Assembly (NCBI GenBank): GCA_977030845.1
Contig: OZ365110.1
Span: forward strand, 29,512,001 to 29,576,000
Origin: Fimbriosthenelais zetlandica
Lineage: Eukaryota
Reading direction: 5' to 3'
Length of the DNA: 64,000 nt
In this document: positions 50,801 to 61,142 of the stretch, piece after piece
Numbering within the stretch: position 1 is the first letter of the stretch
How the letters are laid out: each line of letters begins with the position of its first letter
Made by a program: the position numbers and the translations under genes
The notes under the pieces: generated by a model
The model's input: the letters and a program-made list of their open reading frames with translations, nothing else
Databases searched by the model: none
What the model was told of the DNA's origin: nothing

Positions 50801-53800
50801 ACCTATTGATATAGACTATACGGGATCAGCCTATGGACGTTTTGTCTATATCAATGGAGATCTGTGTGATATCTGAACCTTTAATGAAGAATCTAATTTC
50901 TCCTTGTTAGATTTTACTGCCATATACTGACATCCTGGAATGTGATATTTCTCCCTTCCCTGTTAAATAAATATTACGTTGATAATATTTATTTTCAGTA
51001 ATGGAACCTGTGGTTGATGAATATAGTAATCTAGATCACAGGTATAACTTAGAAAAAGCATGTCGCAACCAGGCCGAGCAGTTCGCTACAAAGGTGAGCT
51101 ACCCTTTCTAACATTATATTTCGGGGCTATTGTTTTATTTCTAATTTGTTGGGAGCTACGTTACTTGGATTTGAAGTACTGTATGTACTTCCCTGGTAGC
51201 GATTACCATTCATCCCTTTATCCACCCATTCAGCCAGCCATCCAGATCTCTCACTGTGACCTCACATTTCCGTATATTAGACACGTCCATTTGTTTCAGT
51301 TCACCTCTGCCTTTTACCTTTGTCATGTATCATAAAATCTATCTCCTCAGCTGAGTAATACATTGTTTATTTGTCCCTCATTAAACATACTAAGCACCCT
51401 ACTTCTCTATCTACTCTACTTATACTGTTCTAGGTCAGGCCTATTTGCTATGGTCAGTTGGCCAAAATTCGACTTCACCTAAGCTTGAGGAAGTGGTCTA
51501 AGGGGCAATAATTGAAGATCTCTATATTAAACTTAAGGTCTACTCGCTGTCTGCGATTAGAACGCAGGACTTGGCCCAATGATGACTCCCAGTCATAATA
51601 GACCAATATCCCTATTGGCCTATTGTTCATTTGGTCACGCTTATGTTGCATACAGTGTTTCCCTTGGGGGAAGGAAGGGTGGGTTTTTTTTAGCAAAAGA
51701 ACCATGTATAACTGATGATTTGGAAGCTTAGGGAAGAACTGACGAGAAATGAAAAAGGAAGGAAAATGCAGTTGGGTGGGAAGAAATACGAGTACAATAT
51801 ATGAAGCGAGAGTAAATGGATGAAAGAGTGTCATGCACATTTCTCTATCAATACATGTGTATCATCATATATCTATATATAGTTCTATGGTATCGTATTC
51901 TCTACATCCAGAACTGGTGTATTTCATTTTTTTTTATCATTTCTATGGAGTCCCCCGCGCTTGCATCACTTAACACATTTAAGATGATTTTATATAAGTT
52001 TTATTTTGTAAGCCGGGATAAAAATTTGATACACTTCTTACTACAATACCGATGAATTGATTCCATAGTACTTTTTGTAGTATAGTATTATCTGACCCCC
52101 CTCTCTACTATCTGATAGCCCCCACCATCACCCCCCCCCCCCCTCCGGCCACTAACACCCCACCCCCCCCCCCCCCCCGACTCACAATTTAGATCCACTA
52201 TCCATGCTCTAAAATATAGCCCGACAGTATTACTCATGATAGTCATCGCTGGAAGTTCTTGGTTTAGGTAGGTGTCATATCACACGTCTATATGTCAAAA
52301 CGATTCACCGGGTCATTGTTTATAATATTTGCCATGGATTGCATATTTTCACACCAGTATTTACATTTCAGTCTCGATTTCACTTTTCTGCTTAAATAAC
52401 AGTTTGTTTGGTTGATATCTGGCTATCATGACATGTTCATGATCTCATTTGTAAAATGACGCGATGCTATACATGTATACATTTCTATATTATAATTCAT
52501 CTAATGGTGTTCACTAATGGTGTAAATTAGTAGCCTACTAGCCAGCTCTATTGTGTTTACACCACCCTCCTCTGGTTCAGCGAAATGCTCAATAGTTTGT
52601 CACACTGTGGGTGTAATAATTCTGGGTCGATTCTATCAAAGTTGATTTGTTTTCTGGTATAGATGGTTCAAGAAAACAAGAAACTGAAGCGCCAATCTCA
52701 GATGTTGGTGCAGACATTGAGTTCAGTAGAGCTGGACATCACTCAGTTACCCATGGAGGAAGAGGTCACGGAACCCCAGACCAATGGCAGCAGTAGCGAG
52801 GACCAAGTCAAGCACTTCAACGCAATGATAGAAGGTAGGAAATCCCAATATTTTAATTATTTTAGAGGATCATGTTTTAGGTGCAATAACTGTTATGTTA
52901 TGACAGATAATATGAGGTGACATGTCAATATTTTTACGACATCTAATAATTTATTTGCTCATTTGTTTCATGTAGACCTTCAAGAACAGCTTGTCAAGGC
53001 TAGGTACGAAATCCAGAAGTTAAGAGAGGAGCGAGATGAGGCAGTCTCTTCCAAGAACCTCATTGAGAAAAAGGTAGAAAATCTTAAATTGAGAATCCCA
53101 ACTTAATTCAGCTACATCAGTGATGGCTTTAAGTATGTTTAGTCCCTGTATATTCTCTTTTTAGCTTATATTCTACCACAGCTCTAAATTCGAAGTGTAG
53201 TGTATTCTTTATTTTTTTCCCTGTCCTTGCAGTATGAAGGCGAATTGCAGATGTCGGCCATGCTGCGATCATCCATAGACCACCATGAAGGCTCACTCAA
53301 ACAGTTCAAACGTGTCTCAGTCAAAGCGCAGAAAGAGTATGAGGATGTGGTCGGCAAGTACATCACAGAGAGAAAACTCAAAGAGGAGGCCGAGCGATAT
53401 GCCAGCAAGGTAGCTATTTCATTCAGGGCAAACTTTCATGAAATATGTTTTTAGGTCTAGTGCCTATCCTCACCCCCACCCCGCCCCCCAATTCAATTGA
53501 TAAATCCAGAAAACAGAAATATGGATGTTGTATTGTGGAGCTAAAATGGTACCTGCTTTCATGTGTCTATGCAAATTACTACAAATAGACTAAATTTCAT
53601 ATAATAATATTTATGCTAATATGTAGAATTATTCTTTCAACTTCATTAACAGGTATTGTCGGAGAGAGACGCCATGGCCAGGGAAAGTTCAGTGCTGATT
53701 GGTTCTGCCAACTCAGACGAGAGGCTGAGGAATGCCCTAATGGAAATAGAAGATTTGAACAAGTTGTTGGAAACTGAAAGAACTGACCACAAGCAAACGG

Positions 53801-56800
53801 TTAGGATATAAGCTTAGTGTTTCTGCAACTGTAGTCAAAATTAAGAATTGTCCAGATTATCAATTTTTCCCTTTGTTTCTACCTTTTGATTAATTGGTAT
53901 AACTAAATACCTGTTCATTTATGTCCAAAGGTGAGGGACTTGGAAGAGGAACTTAAAACTGCAGTAGAAGCCAAAGAAGTGAAAGATTTAGAAACACAGC
54001 TGATGGAAGCTAATGAACAAATTGAAGAACTGAAGAAACAGATTTCTGATGTCAACCAATGGAATGACACGCTCAACAAGAAGAGTAAGTAGAGAGATTA
54101 TTACGTGCTCTCAACTATTGGATCATAGTGACTCTACTAGTGCCTAGTTCTTACATACATGTAGTTGCATTTAGATTGTGGATCTCTTTCAAATTCAATG
54201 ACACATGCTGCATTGTTTCGGTATGGTGTTTTATGAATTAATACATCTCTGGGTTAACACCATTCATCTTTTATATTAGGGATGATAATTTATTTTTAGG
54301 ATGAATTAATTGTTAATATGAAGTAGAAATAAGAACTTTAAGATGACAAATTTAAAGTATTGTGCTATTGTGCTAGCTTTGGATAAACTCAAATACTGTG
54401 TCATAGCGTCATGTTCTGTCTGCATGTATGTACATAAACACCCGTATCTTGACTAGTTAGAAAAATTGAAGGATTAAATTTGTGACCAGAATTTCTAGTT
54501 GAATATGTATTTGAAAAATCCTTGCAGATGCGGACGTAGTTTATGATGATATTAACATTTATGAAAACTTGAAAGGTATTTAGAAACAAATAGGAAAAGA
54601 TTGGTATTTGTAAAATTGCCCCAGAATAGAGTTATTAGTGGTAGTATTCCCCATTACATGTAATCAGTATTTTTTGGGAAAGATGCGTTATTTTATTCTC
54701 TGAAGTTTTGGAATGGGAATGATCGGCAAAAGTAACGATGGCTACTGAAATCAGATAGGGTTAAATGTACAGACAAGAGTGTTTCTAAAATAGTTGCAAA
54801 TTAGAAAAATGATCAGCAGCCTATCCCTCTCCCTCTAGATCATTAGTGCATCTGCCCATCCCTCTGTTGTCTCCTCATAAATTCCCCATTTCAATCTTTC
54901 GAGCCACAGCCTATGAGTAGTTCTTATTGTTAGGGTTGGATATAAGCGTCAATGATGTTACACAGTTCTTATTTTGGGTCAAAAATGCCTTTTCTTAGAT
55001 TCGAAATGACTATTCTGGGGCACTACATTTATATAAAAAAATTTAGGTTATAGTGTAAGTTCTGCCTGTGAGGCTTTTGTGATGAGTGGTCAATCCTCAG
55101 GCTTCCCCCTTTTTAGCTTTAACGCATTTATGCATGTATTATATAGAGCTTTTGGGTACGTTCACGGTACTTAAGGTCAATACCTGATTATCTCTTCATA
55201 TAAATACACTTTTTATGCTAAAAACCTTTTACAAGTTAAAACCTGAGAATAAGAATTTATTAGTGAAATGTAAATTATTATTGTTGATATATATTGAAAA
55301 CTAATAATTATTGATTTCAACAATATTAATAAGCGCTTTTATTAGTTTTATATCGATTCATTAGTTTCGTACATCTGTTCTTTAAGATAATGAACTGGAG
55401 AACCGACTGGATGTTGCGTCTCAAAAGCTGGATATAGCTGAACAGAAGTTACGGCCCCCTCCACCCCCACCTCCACCTCCACTTCCACCCGCAGGACTGT
55501 TCTCGTATGTGTCTGTTAAACTCTTTAACTATTTTCTACTTATTTCCCACCACCTGACTCACTCCTGTATGACAACTTCACTTTCTCAAAAATAATCTCT
55601 TCTGTTTTAGACCTCTAAAAAAGCTGATCAAGCAGTCAAAACCAGGACCTAAATCTTCAGGCAAACCACCAGGTAGGATAAAATAAGTCTATAAGATTAT
55701 ATCTGAATTATATGTTACTGTCTCCTTTGTAGCATAAATTCCTCATTTTACATCTGACTGTTTATTTTGAACTTCTTCTCAGATCCGAGTCAACAGAAGT
55801 ATGAGGATGCTCTGAAGGAAATGATGAATAGAATCAAGACAGGGAACACACTACGTCCTGCGGCTCAAAGACGGGTAGGTGTTTCCTAAAAAAACAGAAC
55901 ACAATGTAGTTTCAATCTAGTATGCAAGGTAGTAACAGATAAGGGAGGGATGGAGAAGGAAAAGGTTAGATCAGTTTTCGTCTGGTCATCGCGTTAACGA
56001 CACAGATTTAGCTAATTTAGCGGGGGGGGGGGGGGGGGTGGGAGGGAGTATTTTACCTTTTGCTGTTGTTTTTAGCCAGCCCTCGCATACTAAATCCTGC
56101 CTCCTTAATGCATCAGGTTTTTGCTTGGTGCCAAGGAAATAGCTTATGAATTTTAGTCCTTGGTCTAACGTATTTTGTCGAATTTTCCTGCTATTGCTTC
56201 ACTGGAAGGCTGAAGAAGAGGTTGGGCTTAACTTTTTTTTATTGCACAAGATTCCCCTTTGTAATGAATTAGTCTATCTTTATTGTATGTACAATTTATA
56301 CTATTTTATAAGTATGCACAGGGAAGTTTCGAGGCCTGTTGGTTTTATTCATTGCTTGCATGTACCGTTACATTTTGAATATTTAACTGGATTGAATTTC
56401 GGTGGATCCTTTTTAATGCATGGAGAGGTTTTGAGAAATATTCCTTACTAGTCATGATGTTTTCAGACTTTTCCTTTCCCTCCCATGAATGTGTATGAAT
56501 TTGCTGATTTTGTGGATACAAATTTGCAACTATCCTCTATCCAGAATGTAGCTTATAGAGGGAGGAAACCAGTAAGTAAAACAGATAGAACCGTGCATAA
56601 TAACTCCCCCTCAGTCTGCATTGCTTTATAGCAACCTGTATCATCGCATCTGCCCTGGAGTAGAGATGTGAATTCAACGGACTAAATGTTGATAATGTGT
56701 GTTTGCATTAGTTGCTCCAAAATGTACAGCCATTTATAGATTGATCAGACCTGCACTCTTGATTAGTGTAGTCCCTAAATCTAATAGTAGTCCTAACAAA

Positions 56801-59684
56801 GTCAGCTTTCATTTTCAAGAGGTGTACTCTCTTGGAAAAATCATCATCGTCTTGTCTGTCTTGTATTTTTTTAATTTTATTTACATTGCTTCACTTCATC
56901 TTGTCCCACCAATTTGTGAATTGGCAATTGTATTTTATAGAGACCTGGTATTCCGGCTGATTTCAAATTGAGACGAAATGTAAGGTCATTAAATTAAGGA
57001 CATAATATATGAATTATATCATTTCTAAAGCTGATGACACACCTTTGAAATACTGGGTTTATATGAATAAGTTAACCAAGCAAAACTTATTAAACATAAG
57101 CCTTTCATTTCTGACCCTAAAATTGTTTTCCTAAGATGGTGTTTAACCTGTTTTGCCAAGTGTCATTACATGTTAGAATAGCATGTTCACACTAATCCAA
57201 CATGCTTCAGGTGTCTGTGTCTCCATTTACTGCTTGAGTCTCCTCTTCACAAGGATTTGACAGAAAAGTGTCGGGCCTACTGATTTTTATTTCTTCATAA
57301 ATTTAGCCCATTAATTCTTTTTTCCGTTGTTACTTGATATTTTATGCATGGTTCATTGGATTGTTTTCTTTCGTGTTCACCAAAGATTGAAATGTGTTGT
57401 ATATCATGGAATAGCTTTTGTTCAAAATAAGCATCCTAGAAATTTTGTTTTGTTTAAAATTCAATTTTGACATAGCGGCTAGTTTTAATGATGTCATGCC
57501 TTTTAATTGCAAGTTAATAATTACACCTTAAATGGAAGCTTTTAATATGGTAGTTCAACTTCAACACCTCATCCTAAGTCCACCATTTCAGCTTCATTCC
57601 CATTGTTGACTTCTGATTAGAATGAATGACATCAACTTTGATCAAAATGGGATATTCTTCATTACTATAACCTATATCGTACTTTGAAGAATATACTATA
57701 AATAAGCATAGATAATGCGTTGTATGCTATGATCAGATGTAGTTGGAATACTAAAAGCTGTGTTATCCTTTTAACCTATAATATTAACGCAATCCAACTT
57801 GATGCAGTTATTAATGCACTACAATTTGCTGAACATTTGACAGCACTGTTGAGTCAATATGTACCTAGACTATTAAGCGTACACGAAATACCCCTATTAA
57901 TGTAATTAACATCTGCATTTTGTACCCTTTGAGTGCACTTTACACCTGAATGTACCTGTATATCGGATTGGTTACACTGTGGAACGTGACCATGACTCAT
58001 TTGTTTGGTCGTCAATGAAATATAGTCTGATTATTATAAATTTATTTTCAATGTGCAGTTAAAGTAACTTTGTCACAGAATTTTAAAAAATCGATAAAAT
58101 TGGTTTAGAGTACTGAGACCTGAGAGTGTCTAATGACAATGAATCGTGCTGTATTAAAGTTTTCATACCCGATACTTTCAGCCGTCACTTCCTGATTTGA
58201 ACCCTAAAGATAGCTCAGGAAACTCAGCAATGGGGGAGCTCAATTCTATATTGGTATGTAAATTGTAATCACTTCTCTCTGTTGTTACTTAGGTCCTTCC
58301 ATTCGCATTTCGTTCTCTCAATTTCTCAGATTTCCTTAAGTGTTACAAATGCACAAATTATGATTTTATGAGTAAAAAATCTTTTTTCACAGACTCACAT
58401 TAAAGCAAACCGGTCTATGTCTACGGGCAACCTCTTCGAAGACAAGAATTCGTCAGGAGAGATTAGTGAGCTCCATGCTGCCTATCTCCGCATTCAAGGC
58501 AACAAAAAGAATGCCAATCTTGACCAACAACAGTGGCATGCAGGCGATCCACCCAACCGTAACCTCTCACTAATTGAGGAGGAGGAAGAGAAGGAGAGTT
58601 TGAGGTAGGCAGTTGAAATTCTTAGTATGACCTCTATTCTCTTTTAAGTTATAAATTAGTTTGATTTAAGGAAAAAAATCTCTGAGAAATGTGGCTGCCT
58701 ACATGCCTAAATCAGGTCTGTCCCAAAATGTACAAGAGGTATCGCTTTTCGATTAGTTGCAAATTTAAAAGTGATGGGCTTGAACATAGACCTCCTAAAC
58801 AGATTGCTATGAAAGAGTTGGATGATTGTAATTTACTTCTGTGTTAACTTCTGTTGCTTCTGATGGAAACCACTGTTTCACCTACAGCCCTCGACCAAGC
58901 CCAAGCATTCAGTAATGATATAGAATGGTGAACATCATCGTACTTTATCTCTTAAAGCAATTTACTATAGACTTCTTACACTCTCACAGTATCTACCACT
59001 GCTTTTCATTTTCTAACTATAATGCACTATCTTGCACTGACTTGAGTCCTACACCGATATATCTGGGGTTCAGGAGGTAGCTTGGTATCTACTTTCCAAA
59101 TTAGACCCTCCTTTATCCATGTACCAATAAATTTTATCAGGGAAAAGGGAGTTTGTGCCTCCTAGCACTAGTCTTTATGCCATAAAACTGCACTTCTGGA
59201 CCCACCCTGGTGTGGCCAGTGACAGTTTCACAACCATAACTTAGATGCTTACCTACTTAACTCAACTCCGGTAAACTTTGCATTGGTTGGTGATCATGGT
59301 CTTGGGTATTTCTGCCATTTTTCTTTCCTTGATATTGACAAATGCGGTGCTCAATATAACCTTATAATTCGAATATTCTTATCCTGAATTAGTTTATAGT
59401 TATGTAAGGAGATTCGACAATTTATAAATGTCTTATTTATGAATTTTATTGCAAATGTAATATAGCTCTACTTGTATACAAATACATACTACTACATGTA
59501 TCCCTATTAGCATTTATTAGTTTTTCTAGTAAATTCGCCGTAGTGAATATTTATTTTTTGTGAATTTTTCAATTTCAGTTCACAGTCTAGTAGAGAAAAG
59601 ATTGATAGTCGACGTAAAATTTCGCCCGTTTCAGAGGAGGGAATGAATGAGCAGCCCAGGCGGTTGGAATCAAGCTATCTCTGA
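44632..59684 (+). CDS. SHTN1: Shootin-1 (coiled coil, polyproline and WH2-like segment), 14 core coding exons, 547 aa
   Basis: Exons 44632-44728, 49481-49533, 50488-50548, 50999-51093, 52663-52834, 52976-53073, 53233-53409, 53653-53799, 53931-54084, 55387-55504, 55611-55672, 55783-55874, 58393-58604, 59579-59684. All introns are GT-AG and in frame, total 1644 nt. Motifs match human shootin-1: LEKACRNQAEQFATK~IEKTCRESAEALATK, ENKKLKRQS, PPPPPPPPPLPP and ALKEMMNRIKTGNTLRP~AVEEMMDRIKKGVHLRP. Confidence 0.9.
49580..49771. mobile_element. MITE in SHTN1 intron 2, ~50-bp terminal inverted repeats, TTAA flanks
   Basis: CTCCACTGTTGCGATTTTGCTTGCGACACTGCTGCGACAAAGGTGAT and the inverted ATCACCTTTGTCGCAGTAGTTTCGCAAGCAAAATCGCAACAGTGGAG. 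TTAA at 49576-49579 and 49772-49775. Confidence 0.8.
56545..56571 (+). CDS. Candidate 27-nt symmetric microexon of SHTN1 (NVAYRGRKP)
   Basis: CCTCTATCCAG|AAT...CCA|GTAAGT. Phase 0-0 matches the flanking introns, there is no stop, and a TGC lies ~18 nt upstream of the acceptor. Confidence 0.55.
58888..58911 (+). CDS. Candidate 24-nt symmetric microexon of SHTN1 (SPRPSPSI), or a stop-containing alternative exon
   Basis: TTTCACCTACAG|C CCT...ATT CA|GTAATG. Phase 2-2 matches the flanking exons. Read-through past the donor gives CAG TAA. Confidence 0.5.
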
Positions 59685-60740
59685 GCAATTCCAAGTTGAT
59701 TTTCTTCGCTTCTTTCTCGAACATGAGCTTTAATCGGAGATCCCATGCGCAATTGCATTTTTAAAAGGTTTCTGACGTTCTAATATCTTTAGTACATTCT
59801 AGGTTCATTATACAACCAGTAAGCATAAAGTTCGTACCATATTCAAAATGCCAAATAAGACATGATTATTGCTGGCACAAATGTCATGTATGCAAAAAAT
59901 GTCCTGTAGCTATAGATTTCTGCAAATATTACATTGTTTACTCTTTACTTGTGATACGAATGAAGTGCCCAATAACCTAAAGAGAATGTCTTGGATCAGG
60001 AGTAGGTAGCAATGATGGTATGGGTATTTGCCAGATCGTGAATGTAAATAGTTTATGTGGCGATATTATTTCTGAATGCAATAACCAATCTATTTTTTTG
60101 AAAAGCTATTTTGTATATTATTGATTTGTAAATTTTTAGGCATATACTGCATATACTTTTCCGATTTAGTTTAGAATCTTGTGATTAAGTTCAGTATAGT
60201 ATGTTTGTGAAATGTAAATAATACTATAGAATTTTGCGATATTATATTGTAGTGTTATATATTCCTCGCTGAATACTTGTCTTTTTTTTCAAATTTCGAA
60301 TAGTATATATGTTGGAGTTCATATTGAGACCCAATAATTTGCCCTATCCTTATAGGAAATCCAGGATTTTAAAATTATGGCCTAAATGTGACAACTTTTT
60401 GTGTGGGAGAAATTTTACATATTCAACATTTAGTCATAAAAATATACTTCATAATTACTGGTGAGCCGTGCCCTGTTCTTGCTGATTTGTAATGAATATA
60501 CTAATGATTAAGACCTATGTACGTCGTCGATAAACCACATTCAGAACTATTTTATTACGGGTCCTCAGTCACAGTGAAGTTAACCATAATATTACAGATC
60601 TTTTCCAATCGAAAGTTAATTTTCTAATTAAGAAAACCCACGGCGTTCAAAAGCACAAACGTTAGAAATGAAACTTGTTCATGTGTATTATTTTTGAGTC
60701 TGTGGTTTAATGTCAAAGTATAATTTCTAAACTTGCCTGA

Positions 60741-60746
60741 AATAAA
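60741..60746 (+). terminator. Likely SHTN1 polyadenylation signal
   Basis: AATAAA ~1.05 kb after the stop. A second AATAAA lies near 60930. Confidence 0.5.
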
Positions 60747-60959
60747 GAGCCTTTGCATAAGATTGTATATGAAGTCTATAAGAATAGTTTCTATTATTCA
60801 TATTCCACAGGCAATAATACTGCCTTGTATGTGGAGGAATATCCAGCATAAGATTTGTTATTCATTCATTGATGTTTTCCTGAAATCCATCTAAATGAAA
60901 AGTTTTGCTTCCATAAAATGTCTAGCCAAAATAAACAACAAGATTGAAATAGGCTCAGT

Positions 60960-60965
60960 TTTATT
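60960..60965 (-). terminator. Likely ENO4 polyadenylation signal
   Basis: AATAAA on the minus strand ~180 nt after the ENO4 stop. Confidence 0.55.
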
Positions 60966-61142
60966 AACTGAAAACGAGTTAATCTTATATTATAGTTCAT
61001 CTTATATTATATAATTTAAAAATATCACAGGCCATCAAATTGACAATGAGGCTAACGTGGTCTCTACTCGAGTTTCAGTCCAAGATGGGAGAGAATTTCA
61101 ATGAATCATGATGGATCAATGAGTGATGAATGATCTCTGTGT

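Noticed and set aside
9918-56040. Numerous poly-G/poly-C runs of 12-21 nt (e.g. 9918, 15170, 23342, 32036, 46656, 52131, 56023) as G-quadruplex elements
   Set aside because: They are scattered with no positional pattern and are likely a genome-wide trait. Homopolymer lengths are also assembly-sensitive.
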